DNA of 64,000 nucleotides from an uncultured delta proteobacterium (GCA_963808235.1 CAWEEQ010000004.1:2784001-2848000), one strand, 5' to 3'; counted from the first letter of the stretch, positions 52,654 to 63,049 are shown. Translations and numbers: made by a program. The notes: generated from the letters alone by a model not told the origin.

Positions 52654-54885
52654 TCAACCTGTTATCCCGATGTTCATTCGCATCAGGATGTCGGCGTATT
52701 TGTCGATACATTGCGGATAGACCGATTGGTGAAGTTTTCTCAACATCGTTATATCTTGCCTGGCTGATTGTGCTGCCTGTGGTGCCGCGGAACGATAAGC
52801 TGCCGTGCTGGAGAAGACGTCCCAAGCGACAAGAAAGCTGCCCAAACCGGCGCAGATCATTGCTGCATTATTTTTCCGGTACCCGAGAGCCGAGAGGGTG
52901 CCGCCTAGGACGAACTGAGTCCAGGCCCAATCCACTGGATCGTGGTTGCGGGTTTGCACTTTGAGCGCTTCGTGGAATGCAACCGAGGCTTGTTCGAGCA
53001 GCGTCGTGTTCGACTCCAATTCGCCAAGCGCAAAGAGCGTGTTGCCGATGCTGTACTGCAACTTGGCCCAATCCAGGGGGGCACGGTCGCGGGTTCGCAC
53101 GATGAGCGCCTCGCGAAACGCGGCCAAAGCTTCTTCGAGTAGGGTTCTGTTCGAGCTTCTTGTTCCGAGCGTCCCGAGCGCATTGCCCAAGTGATCCTCC
53201 GTCGCCGCCCAGTCCCGGGGGTCGCGATCCCGTGTTTGCTCCTTGAGCGCTTCGCGATACGCGGCCACTGCTTCTTCGAACGGCGTTGTGTTTGACTCTG
53301 TGTCCCCAAGGGCCGCGAACGCGTTGCCCAAGTTACTTTGTACCATGGCCCATTTCAGTGGGGCGCGCTCTCGGGTCTGCTCCTTGAGCGCTTCGCGGAA
53401 TGCGGTCACCCCCTCTTGAAGGCGTATCGTGCTCGATTCCCTTTCTCCAAGTCCAACCAAAGCACTGCCCAAGTTGTTCTGCGCCCTGGCCCAAAACAAT
53501 GGGACGCGCTCACGGGTGAATTCCTTAAGTGCTTCGTGGTGCGCCGCTATCGCTTCTTCGAAGAGGTTCTTGCTTGATTCTTTTTCCCCGAGGGCTTTCA
53601 GCGCGTTACCCAAGTTATCCTGCGCCGTCGCCCAACCCAACGGAACGCGCTCGCGGGTCAACTCCTTGAGCGCTTCGCGGAACGCAGCTACAGCTTGCTC
53701 AATATCCGCGGTGCTCGACTCTAGTTTCCCGAGGCTCCACAATGCGTTGCCCAAGTTGAGCTGCGTCCCAGCCCAAAAGACTGGATCGCGCTCACGGGCG
53801 AATTCCTTAAGCACCTCGTGGAAGGCGGTTACGGCTTGTTCGAGTCGAGTTGTGTTAGCCTCCTCTTCTCCGAGACTCCACAGCGCGATACCCAAGTTGT
53901 TCTGTGTCACCGCCCAATCGAGCAGTAAGCGCTTGCGGTCCCAATGGTTTAGTTCGTTGCGGTATATTGCCGCCGCCGCGTTGAGAGCATCGGCCGAGTC
54001 CGCCTGTTGACCAAATGCGAGCAGCGCATCGCCTAGAAGCAAGTTCACGCTGGTGCGGGTACCCGAATTCCAATCTTGGCTGCCGGCCCCATTCAGTAGC
54101 ATCTGCACTTTATTGATGAGCAGCACGAGCTCTCCGGCATTCGGGCTTCCGTTTTCGGCCATGAACCCGGCGAACTGAGTCGCAACCCGCAACCCGAGTA
54201 GTTCCGTCAGCTCCTGGCGATCCACCGCAGGCAGTTTGAAATCCTCAGGATTATAGGCTTGCACCGAACTGACTCCCGCTTCGGCCGTCGTGTAGTAAAG
54301 CTGTGCCTCAGATTTACCGTTGATAGTCCAGACGCTTCCCCAAATTAGTGCTTGAGCGCCGGAATCCTTGAGATATCTGCGAGCCTGCTCGTGTCCGGCT
54401 CTTTCGCTTGTATCGCTCTGGTCCTTCAGATTAATCGTTCTGTCGAACTGTAGAAATTGGATACCAAGAGGTCTGTCAAAATTCTTCAGAGCCCGCGCAA
54501 TAAATCCCTCCATGTTCTGGCCGTCATCGTTCTGTAAATGCGCAAGAGCGATGGAGAAGCGGGCTGGATCAGCCTTCGGAATAGGGTGCAACCGGTTGTA
54601 GATTGAGGAAGCCCCAGGAATTAACTCCAGACTTTTTACTGCGTCCGGCAGCTTTCCTAGGTAGACGAGGGTAGCCACAAGCGAGCCGAGCACAAGGACG
54701 AAGATGACGAGACCTATAACCGATACATCGAACGCACGCGCCACTCGGGGCCCGAAGCGCCGATCAATCCACTCGTGCAACCAGACGTAGATTCTCTTCC
54801 GAAGCGCTTCGACATTGGGAAGCTCCGGAGGATCTTGATGACCTTGTTCAGCGTCTTGTCGCTTCTCGACTTTCGGAGGATCCAT
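52654..54885 (-). CDS. Membrane-anchored TPR-like repeat protein (paralog of 43546-45639)
   Basis: TM, IALAHL..ALIWG..DFKLP domain, about eight 46-aa WAxxQxNLGNAL repeats. Confidence 0.87.
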   Translation of the reverse strand: MDPPKVEKRQDAEQGHQDPPELPNVEALRKRIYVWLHEWIDRRFGPRVARAFDVSVIGLVIFVLVLGSLVATLVYLGKLPDAVKSLELIPGASSIYNRLHPIPKADPARFSIALAHLQNDDGQNMEGFIARALKNFDRPLGIQFLQFDRTINLKDQSDTSERAGHEQARRYLKDSGAQALIWGSVWTINGKSEAQLYYTTAEAGVSSVQAYNPEDFKLPAVDRQELTELLGLRVATQFAGFMAENGSPNAGELVLLINKVQMLLNGAGSQDWNSGTRTSVNLLLGDALLAFGQQADSADALNAAAAIYRNELNHWDRKRLLLDWAVTQNNLGIALWSLGEEEANTTRLEQAVTAFHEVLKEFARERDPVFWAGTQLNLGNALWSLGKLESSTADIEQAVAAFREALKELTRERVPLGWATAQDNLGNALKALGEKESSKNLFEEAIAAHHEALKEFTRERVPLFWARAQNNLGSALVGLGERESSTIRLQEGVTAFREALKEQTRERAPLKWAMVQSNLGNAFAALGDTESNTTPFEEAVAAYREALKEQTRDRDPRDWAATEDHLGNALGTLGTRSSNRTLLEEALAAFREALIVRTRDRAPLDWAKLQYSIGNTLFALGELESNTTLLEQASVAFHEALKVQTRNHDPVDWAWTQFVLGGTLSALGYRKNNAAMICAGLGSFLVAWDVFSSTAAYRSAAPQAAQSARQDITMLRKLHQSVYPQCIDKYADILMRMNIGITG

Positions 54886-55127
54886 TCTGGCCTACAAGCG
54901 ACTTATATAGCGTGAGCGCGCCCAACGGGCCACTAGCACAGCGGAAAATCGACGCGGACGCTTACGAAAGTTCAGAGATGACCTGCTCAGCCGCAAACCA
55001 GCAGTTAACTCGTGTGCTTGAAGGGCATTAGGGATTGAAACCCCCCAGCGAACCGCGCCGATTCGGCCACAGCGACTGCCAACCCTTCTAACAGGACGAA
55101 GTCCGCAGCTCGCTTTCGTCATCACAG

Positions 55128-55376
55128 TCATTGCGGCGCACCAGACAATCGCGCCGCAACAGATGTCCCCCACCCTAACCTTCCCCCGACAAACGTGGGA
55201 GCGAATCAGGATGAAGAGCTGAAGAAAAAAGAGCATCGCTCCGCGGAGATCCTTCGGCTTCGCTCAGGATGACGGAGGGGACGATCGGGATTACGGATGG
55301 GGCGTCGCTGGATGACGGAAAGAAAGTCGATGCGGGGGAAGATAGGATGTGCGGCGCGTCGGGCAATCGCGCCGCC
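55128..55376 (-). repeat. ~250-bp composite palindromic repeat, right arm (inverted)
   Basis: GAGATCCTTCGGCTTCGCTCAGGATGACGG and flanks; inverted partner of 52351-52575. Confidence 0.85.
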
Positions 55377-55561
55377 ACCGTCCTTGAATACAATTGCTCA
55401 CCCCCCGACCCGTGTGCCAGCGTCCCGACAACCTGCGAAGGAACAGACAACGCAGGATTGATTGTTCAGACTTCTAAATTTCTAACCGGCCGTCACGCCA
55501 AACTTTTGCGAAATGGCGTCCGCGCCATTTTGTCTTTCACTCTCCCCTTCTCCACCTCCGG

Positions 55562-55623
55562 CCACTGGGTCAAGGGGTCACCCCTTGCGCCCACCGCGCA
55601 GGTGATTTAATCGGTTCCGACCT
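55562..55623 (+). repeat. ~60-bp hairpin motif, copy 2
   Basis: Matches 13628-13686. Confidence 0.65.
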
Positions 55624-55763
55624 TCGCCTTCTGTTTGTGATGAACTGTTCATCCTTATGCAAAGCGGAATTCGATGGGAAACTGATGCTCGGATGCTTTC
55701 TCAGACGCAGACTCTCCCGCACAGCTCGAGTCCATCTAAACTAAACGCGGGCCCACATAAACG

Positions 55764-55796
55764 AACAGCGGAAGGAGATTGCTCTCCTTCCGCTGT
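55764..55796 (-). terminator. Hairpin terminator
   Basis: ACAGCGGAAGGAG-loop-CTCCTTCCGCTGT. Confidence 0.75.
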
Positions 55797-55830
55797 CGCT
55801 TCGAATCTTTCTGAAAATGTATCGGGCGGA

Positions 55831-56112
55831 CTACTTCGTAACCGAGGTCGAGAACGCTGCTTCCAGGCGCGATACCGCGTCGTTCGCGCGCCGGACCGCA
55901 TCTTCGGCGCCGCTGGCCGCGGTCTCTGCCTGCTGAGCCGCCGTCGCAGCCTGATTCGCCGCGGCTTCTGCCGCGTTGGCCGAGGCTTCCGCTTTGTTCG
56001 CGTCCGCTTCCGCACGCTCGCTGGCGTCATTGATCGTCTTCATGTCGGGACCACACGCGGTCACCAGGGCCATCGCCGCCACGACACCGAGCACTTTCAC
56101 AAATGTTTTCAT
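55831..56112 (-). CDS. Lpp/OprI-like alanine-zipper lipoprotein ending in Lys
   Basis: GGAGG RBS; lipobox VTAC; Ala heptads; C-terminal ..SVTK. Confidence 0.82.
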   Translation of the reverse strand: MKTFVKVLGVVAAMALVTACGPDMKTINDASERAEADANKAEASANAAEAAANQAATAAQQAETAASGAEDAVRRANDAVSRLEAAFSTSVTK

Positions 56113-56435
56113 TCGAGCTTCCCTCCAGTGGTTCAAGTCAACAACGAGTCCCGCTATACTGATTATGAGTTCGACGGCCGATAGCGGTCAATTAAAAAAG
56201 GGCCGGACGAGTAATCCCGGCTATAGTTGCAAAACCTGTTTATCAACGCAAGGCGAAAGAACTCCAGCACGGTTCCTCGCGAGACATCGCGAGATGCGGC
56301 GCGATGCGCCATTAGATAGGCGCAGCGCCATTAGATAGATTGAATCAGAGCAGATTGACAGACAAAACTTTCAGCGGTTATGGTCACCCGACCGAGCGGC
56401 TGCATAAACACTTTTAACTGAGGTCGGTTCACCAG

Positions 56436-57882
56436 ATGGCGACGACGATCACCAGCGAATGTATCAACTGCGGAGCTTGCGAGCCCGAATGCCCCAACAC
56501 GGCCATCTATGCCGGCGGCGTCGCATGGGAACTGAACGGCGCGACCAGCCCGGCAATCGCGCAGGATATCTATTACATCGTCCCGTCGAAGTGCACCGAA
56601 TGCGTCGGCTTCCACGATCACGAAGCATGCGCCGCAGTATGCCCGGTCGATTGCTGCATCCCCGATCCAGCCAACCTCGAGACCGAAAGTGTCCTGCTCG
56701 CGCGCGCGCGCGAGTTGCATCCCGAGACAACTTTTCCCGATGACGCTCCGTCGCGCTTCCGCAAAGAAGGCGGCGGCGCCGAGGCGCCCGCATCCGCGGA
56801 TAAAGCGGAGGCGGCAACCAACGGCAAGGCGGCGGATTCGGCACCAAAACCCGCGATCGCCGTTCCTTCGCCCAAGCCAAGCGCACCCGCGCAAGTAGCA
56901 GCGCCGACAGCGGCGGCCGGACTCGCGATGATGAATCTTCCCAAGGACATCGGCGCGCTGCCTGGACCACTCGGCGAGAAGCATTTCCCGGGTGAACTCG
57001 ATGCGGACTTCGACACCGTGCTGGCGTCTGTCGATGCGAGCCCGGTTCGCACCGCGCCGATGCCGGTGCAAGTCGCGTTTCGACTCGCGGAGCCAGTTCT
57101 GGGTGCGATGCCCGATAACGTGAAGGCGCAACTCGAAGCCGCGGTCGGAAGCACCGGCGGATTTTCCCGAGTCCGATCGACCGCGCTCAACATGATCCTG
57201 AACCTGATTCTATATCCGGCGATTTTAGTCGCGTTCGGAGTGCTTGCTCGCGGCGACGGACTCTTCTCGCAGAGCACCGGCGGATGGATCATGCTCGGCA
57301 TCCTGATCGCGATGGGCGAGTCGGCGTGGCGGCTGCGCGAGGGAGTTATCCACGCCAAGCCGGCGAGCGAACTCGTCTATCGTGGATGCTGGTACGGGCT
57401 CGCGCTCGCGCCGATCGGCACGATGCTCGTGCGGGCGGGTGGCGGCGGCGGCCGTGCCACCGAGCGCAAAGTCGCGTTCGACGGTTTCGAGGGCACGATG
57501 CATGAGGACAAGACCGAGCGCGATCGCCGCTACGGCACAGTTTACACGGTCGTCGAGTATGCCAACGCTTACCTGGTCAGACTCGAGATGCCGCGCATGC
57601 TGCCGACCTCATCGCTCAAGCGGCTTGTGGAATCTCCCCGACGAGATGCCCGACTACGACTACAACATCATGCTGGGCGATGCGGTCCTTTCGATCAACG
57701 CGAGCGTGCGCGGCGAGACTATCCGCCGGCTGTCGTATGTGTCGTCGTCGTTCCCGGCCGACTTCGCGACTCGTATCGAGTTCGGCAAGCCGGTGACCGC
57801 GTTCAAGCATCGGATGCGCGACAAAGTGCTCGAAGTTATCGTTATCAAGGGAGAGGCGGGCCAGCTACAGCACGCCGCCTGA
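56436..57882 (+). CDS. YfhL-type 2x[4Fe-4S] ferredoxin fused to TM and Hsp20-like domains (+1 frameshift ~57624)
   Basis: CINCGACEPECP..CTECVG..CAAVCPVDCC; continues LWNLPDEMPDY..KVLEVIVIK after the shift. Confidence 0.78.
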
Positions 57883-57947
57883 CGAATCTTCCCACGTAAT
57901 CACACGGTGCCAAGCCGCCTCCCGCGGCGCACATGAGATGGGCTCAG

Positions 57948-58406
57948 ATGGCGATCCAAATCAGGGACGCTGTCGACCGTGACCTGCCCCGCATTATCGA
58001 GATCGAGCGGCTCGCGTTCCCGTCGCCATGGACGCTCGCCTCGTTCGAGCGCGAGCTGACCCTTCCATTTTCGCGGGTCATGGTCGCGCTGCCATCGGAC
58101 GATGGGCAGCCGCAAGGCTCGATCATGGGCTTTCTGTGCCGATGGCTGATTGCGGACGAGTGCCATGTCCTGAATATCGCGGTGCATCCCGATTCCCGGC
58201 GTCTTGGGATAGGAACCGTACTGATTACCGAGGCAATTTCTGAGGCCCGGAGCACCGGAGCCGGGGTGGTCACGCTGGAGGTTCGGCGCACGAACCTTGC
58301 GGCGCGACAGCTTTACCGCAAATTTGATTTTGAAGAACGGCGTTTGAGGCGGCACTATTATGGGCCGGGTGAAGACGCGATCATCATGGAGTTGCGGTTC
58401 GGATGA
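57948..58406 (+). CDS. rimI: Ribosomal protein S18 alanine N-acetyltransferase
   Basis: FPSPW, NIAVHP..RRLGIG, LEVR..N, YY..EDAIIM. Confidence 0.9.
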   Translation: MAIQIRDAVDRDLPRIIEIERLAFPSPWTLASFERELTLPFSRVMVALPSDDGQPQGSIMGFLCRWLIADECHVLNIAVHPDSRRLGIGTVLITEAISEARSTGAGVVTLEVRRTNLAARQLYRKFDFEERRLRRHYYGPGEDAIIMELRFG

Positions 58407-58607
58407 TCTGATTGGGCAGATAATCTCAAACATTGTTTTATCACTACATGCGAGTTTCAGTTTCTTTTCATGCCGGGGTTATCAAACCGAGATTTTTGTG
58501 CAATAATGGACCCAACATACCAGGCTGCTCGGACCCGGTGATGAACCCCAAATGGTCGTCAACCGCCTCTGAAATCCCGAGCCTGTGGGTTAAATGCCAG
58601 AACAACG

Positions 58608-59102
58608 ATGAATTTGCCGTTCAAAAAGGGCGAAAAGGTGGTTTACCCCGCCCATGGGGTAGCCGTAATCGAAGACATCCAGATGCGCGTCATTTCGGGG
58701 ACTGAGCGACGGTTCTACATGCTCAGGATCCTCGGCACCGAAAAGATGACTATCATGATCCCGACCGAAAACGTCGAGTCCGTTGGCCTCAGACGTGTGA
58801 TCGGCAAGGATATGGTGGAAAAAATTTACCGGATCCTGCGCCAGCGCAAGGTCGAGGTCGATACGCAGACGTGGAACCGGCGCTATCGCGAGTATACGGA
58901 GAAGATCAAGACCGGGTCTCCGCTCGAGATCGCCAAGGTGTTGCGCGACCTGCTGGTGCTGAAGGGCGATAAGGAACTGTCGTTCGGTGAGCGCAAGATG
59001 CTGGACACGGCGCGTTCCTTGCTCGTGAAGGAACTGTCGATCGCGAAGGCTCATCCGGAAGAAAAGATCATGGAAGAGCTGAAGACGATCTTCGCAAACT
59101 GA
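58608..59102 (+). CDS. carD: CarD-family transcription factor
   Basis: VVYPAHGV, WNRRYR, LSFGERKMLD. Confidence 0.95.
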   Translation: MNLPFKKGEKVVYPAHGVAVIEDIQMRVISGTERRFYMLRILGTEKMTIMIPTENVESVGLRRVIGKDMVEKIYRILRQRKVEVDTQTWNRRYREYTEKIKTGSPLEIAKVLRDLLVLKGDKELSFGERKMLDTARSLLVKELSIAKAHPEEKIMEELKTIFAN

Positions 59103-59127
59103 TCGCGTCGAGATAAGATTCCGATAG

Positions 59128-59162
59128 GAAGGCCGGGCAAACCCCGGCCTTTTTTTATTTTT
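59128..59162 (+). terminator. Rho-independent terminator
   Basis: AAGGCCGGG-loop-CCCGGCC followed by T-run. Confidence 0.85.
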
Positions 59163-59174
59163 GCGAGTCTGCGA

Positions 59175-60478
59175 ATGTGCACGTCGATGCCCAGGCGAAT
59201 ACTCGTGATGGGGCTTGCGACTATCGCGTTTGCGATTGTCTTCGCAAATCGATGCGCCGGCGACGCCGACGATGCGGCCGTCGATCAGCTCTTCTCGGCC
59301 ATTCGTGACGGCAATTTCAGCGCGGCGACGGCGCATTTCAACGGTACGATGAAGGCCGCTTTGCCTGCGGCAACACTAGAAGCTGCGTGGATAAAGACTT
59401 ATGCCGAGCAAGGTCCGCTGCTCAGCTGGAAAATTCTCGATCGGCAGAATCTTCCCGGCGGCCACGAGATCAGCGTGCAACTCAACTTTCAGCATACGTC
59501 GGCGATCTCGACGGTCGCGGTAGCGTCGCAGACCGGCGAGATCGGGTCGTTATTCTTCAAGCTGGCGAAATCCAATGCTCCTGTAACCGCGCCAGCATAC
59601 GCTGAGCTGACAAAGTTTCGCTCCGAGGATGTGATCGTCGGCGAGTACAAGTTGCCCGGCACAATTACGATTCCGAATGGCGCGGGTCCATTTCCCGCGG
59701 TCGTGCTGGTCGCGGGATCGGGGCCGCAGGATCGCGACGAGACGATTGGGCCCAATCATCCGTTTGCCGATATCGCGGAGGGTCTCAGCTCACGCGGTAT
59801 CGCGGTGCTCCGCTATGACAAACGGACGCTGATGCACTCGGCGATGATCGCAACGGTCGACGAGGAGGTGGTTGAAGACGCGGTCGCGGCGGTGCAATTG
59901 GTCCGCGCGCGTCACGACGTGATGACCGATCGAATTTTCGTCGTGGGGCACAGCCTGGGCGCGATGCTCGTGCCGGAGATCGCGAAGAAGGCGGCGCCGG
60001 TTGCGGGAATCGTGATGCTGGCGCCGGCGGGGCGGAAGCTGCCCGCGGTTATCGTTCAGCAGTTGCGTTATTTGGGCAGCGGCGCCGGGACAATTGACCG
60101 AGGCCGAGCGAGGAGCCGAGGAAATCTCGGCGCACAAGATGCCGGCGTCGCAAAACTTCATGGGCGCGCCTGCGTCGTACTTTTACGACTTCGACGCACG
60201 CGACGAAGTTGCTATTGCGAGAAGTCTTGGCGTTCCGATTCTCATTTTGCATGGCGGGCGCGACTACCAGGTGATCGATGAGGATATTCGGCATTGGCAG
60301 GACGGACTTAGTGGCGTGGCGAACGTGAAGGTAGAGACGTTTACCGACGTTGAACCATCTGTTCATCGCCGGCGAGGGCAAACCGAATCCGGCGGAATAC
60401 AATACGCCGGGACATGTCGATCAGGCGGTGGTCGTTGCGATCGCGGATTTCGTCGCGAATGCCGGAGTGAAGAAGTGA
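59175..60478 (+). CDS. Exported alpha/beta hydrolase (two +1 frameshifts ~60078 and ~60343)
   Basis: GSGPQDRDE, GHSLG nucleophile, RDYQV, LNHLF in the third frame; stop overlaps the ispD GTG. Confidence 0.8.
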
Positions 60479-61164
60479 AAGCGTCGGCGATTATTGTTGC
60501 GGCGGGGAGCGGAGTCCGGCTCGGGAAGAACGAGCCGAAGGCATTCGTGAAAATTGGCGGACGCACGATGCTCTCGTATTCGCTTCGCGTCGTCGCGAGC
60601 GTCGCGCAGATCGTGGAACTGGTGATCGCCGTGCCTGGGGGATTCGAGAGTGCGGCGCGCGCCGAAGTCGTCGCGGCCGGCGTGCGGATCCCGGTCAAGA
60701 TAACTGCCGGCGGCGTCGAGCGGCAGGACTCGGTGCGAATCGCGCTCGGGCTGACGGCGGCGGAGAGCGATCTGATCGTCGTTCATGACGCGGCGCGTCC
60801 GATTGCGACGGCAGCGATGTTTGAAAGGTGCCTGGACGCGGCGGCGAGAGCTGGCGGTGCGATCGCCGCGATTGCCGTCGCGGACACTTTGAAGAGGGTC
60901 GTCGATGACGCAATCACAGGGACCGTGGCACGGGCGGGACTTTGGCAGGCGCAGACGCCGCAGGCGTTTCGACGCGAGGTGCTGGTCGAGGCGCATCGGC
61001 GCGCATCGAGTGACCGTATCGCGGCGACCGATGACGCCGACCTGGTCGAGCGCATCGGTGCGCGCGTCGAGGTGGTCGAGGGATCGACTGCGAATATCAA
61101 GATTACGACCGCATCGGATCTTGCGATCGTAGAGGCGATCATCGCAGCGGGGATCGCAAAGTGA
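60475..61164 (+). CDS. ispD: 2-C-methyl-D-erythritol 4-phosphate cytidylyltransferase
   Basis: AAGSGVRLG..PK, GGVERQDSV, VHDAARP, AQTPQAF, TDDA, NIKITT. Confidence 0.95.
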   Translation: MKASAIIVAAGSGVRLGKNEPKAFVKIGGRTMLSYSLRVVASVAQIVELVIAVPGGFESAARAEVVAAGVRIPVKITAGGVERQDSVRIALGLTAAESDLIVVHDAARPIATAAMFERCLDAAARAGGAIAAIAVADTLKRVVDDAITGTVARAGLWQAQTPQAFRREVLVEAHRRASSDRIAATDDADLVERIGARVEVVEGSTANIKITTASDLAIVEAIIAAGIAK

Positions 61165-61186
61165 CGGAGTGAGGTGCGGGCATAGA

Positions 61187-61272
61187 GATTCGAAACCGGT
61201 ACCGGCTTCGCTGGCGCGAAGCTGTCCGAGGTCCTTCCATCAGCGAGCGTCGCTCGCTTCGTCAAGATGACA
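61187..61272 (-). repeat. ~88-bp GTCAT-tagged palindromic element, copy 2
   Basis: Reverse complement matches 13443-13530. Confidence 0.8.
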
Positions 61273-61311
61273 CAAAAAAAAGACGCTGCGGGAATTCAGG
61301 TTGGGCGGGCG

Positions 61312-61416
61312 CCCTCACCCGCGCGCGACAAGTGTGTCGGCACGACCTCTCCCGGTTTGCGGATGGCGACATCGTCGCCAGCCGCGGGAGAGGCGAAATG
61401 CCGCGGCGATGCAGGA
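61312..61416 (+). repeat. CCCTCACCC/CCTCTCCC..GGGAGAGG palindromic repeat cluster
   Basis: Same family as 16249 and 52308; between convergent genes. Confidence 0.6.
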
Positions 61417-61433
61417 TGACGAGGTCGATGACC

Positions 61434-63044
61434 TTAGTCCGATGGGGGGCGGGTTGGGGGGTGGTAGATTTTGTCTTCCGGTTCCGCGGCGGCGGCTTGC
61501 TGATTGCCTACGGCGACAGATATTACGCCGGAGGGCTGGACTCGGTTCGCGCCGGCGAGCCGACGTTTACGTGCCGCGTACAAGATGCTGATGGCGAGCC
61601 GGAGCATCAGCAAAATCGTGAAGATTGCGGAGAGCTGGCCGAACCAGTCGCCGGTGCGCGAGTAGAGCGTCGGTCCGGTGCCGAGCGGGAGGTCGGCGAT
61701 CGCGATCGCATCGTGAGTTTGCGAGGTCTTGTCCGCAGCGAGCTGGCGTCCGCGGGAATCGTTCGCGGAGACCAACCCGCCACGCGCCGCGCGCGCAACC
61801 GAGAAGCCTGCCTCGACGCCTCGGACCACGCTCATCTGCTGATGAATCTTCTCGGAGCCGCGCCAATCAGAGGCCGGCGCAAGCACCACGCGCACGTTGT
61901 TGGCGGCAAGCTCGCGCGCGGTGGCGATAAAATCCAAATCCTGGCTGATGAGTATGGCAGTGCGTCCCCATGGCGCGTCGAATATCGCGGGCTTCGAACC
62001 CGGCTTGTAATCCCATTCGAGACTCGGAATCGGGTGATGCTTGGCGTAGGCGGAAGCGATTTTGCCGCTGGGATCGAAGACCACGGCGATGTTGCGCTTG
62101 GGCGAGCGGCCGACCTGGTTGAGCCCGACCACCAGCCATACATGCGACATGCTGGCGATGCGCGAGAATCCCTGCACGACGTCCCATTCGGAGCTGGGTT
62201 CCACGCCGACAATTTTTTCGGGCAGAACGATCACCTGGGTACGTCCGTCGGCGACCTGGCGCACGAGTTTCGCGTAGAGCGCGACGATATCCGCGGCGTC
62301 GCTCAAATCGCCGGACTCAGATTGCGGTATGAGGCGATCACTGGCGATCATCGCGACCCGCACTGACGGGGTTTTCGGCGCGAGCAGAACGCGAATCGAT
62401 CCGGCGAGAATTGCGATCGCAAAGACGGCGACCGCCATGATCGCGGGATGGGTCCATTCCATGTTCCATCGGCGGCGATACCATGCGACCGCGAGTCCGG
62501 ACGGCAGCAACGACATGATGAACATCACGCCCGGTCCGCCGAGCCACGACGCGACTTGCAGCATCGGCAGAAAATCGACTTGTGAATACGCGGGGCTGCC
62601 CCAGGTGCCGTGGGGCGACTGGACCGCGAGTGAAAAGTAGAAGGCAGTTTCGAAAGTCGGGAAGACCAGCGCGGCCAGCACCCCGGACCATCGCCGGGTC
62701 GCCTCGACAGCGCATGCGATGAAGGTGGCGAACACGACTGCGCCCGCGAAGTGTGACGCGAACGTCGTCAGCATCGGAACCGCGAAGCTCTCGCCGCCCC
62801 ATGCGGCCAGGTTGCCGAAGAAGTATGCGAGGAACGCGAATTGCGCGGCGCGCACGGTCGGAAGCTCGGGCGCGGTTGCGAGGATCGGCAGCGGTGCGAA
62901 CAGTCCGCATAGCCATATCCGGGGATCGGCGGCGGAAACTTCGAACAGCACCGCGCTCACGCCGGCGGCGATCGCGGCAATGGTGACGGCGGGTCCGGCG
63001 CTGATCGGGCGGCCTGCTGGATCGAAGTTGGCGCCGGCCGGCAT
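61434..63044 (-). CDS. Membrane nitrilase-superfamily (Lnt-like) protein; nucleophile position is Ser
   Basis: N-terminal TMs, LPE, YAKHH, ISQD, RGVEAG, TLYSRTGDWF. Confidence 0.82.
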   Translation of the reverse strand: MPAGANFDPAGRPISAGPAVTIAAIAAGVSAVLFEVSAADPRIWLCGLFAPLPILATAPELPTVRAAQFAFLAYFFGNLAAWGGESFAVPMLTTFASHFAGAVVFATFIACAVEATRRWSGVLAALVFPTFETAFYFSLAVQSPHGTWGSPAYSQVDFLPMLQVASWLGGPGVMFIMSLLPSGLAVAWYRRRWNMEWTHPAIMAVAVFAIAILAGSIRVLLAPKTPSVRVAMIASDRLIPQSESGDLSDAADIVALYAKLVRQVADGRTQVIVLPEKIVGVEPSSEWDVVQGFSRIASMSHVWLVVGLNQVGRSPKRNIAVVFDPSGKIASAYAKHHPIPSLEWDYKPGSKPAIFDAPWGRTAILISQDLDFIATARELAANNVRVVLAPASDWRGSEKIHQQMSVVRGVEAGFSVARAARGGLVSANDSRGRQLAADKTSQTHDAIAIADLPLGTGPTLYSRTGDWFGQLSAIFTILLMLRLAISILYAARKRRLAGANRVQPSGVISVAVGNQQAAAAEPEDKIYHPPTRPPSD

Positions 63045-63049
63045 ACGAA

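Noticed and set aside
52253-55610. Small ORFs containing HPERSRRIS / VILSEAEGS / LSGEG peptides
   Set aside because: Translations of the palindromic repeats, not genes.
55540-55625. Cobalamin riboswitch
   Set aside because: GCCACTG is present but the GGGAA and GGGAAG core elements are missing, and no B12 gene lies downstream.
60094-61164. Hydrolase-IspD fusion
   Set aside because: Caused by an indel at ~60343; the hydrolase His motif and stop are in another frame.
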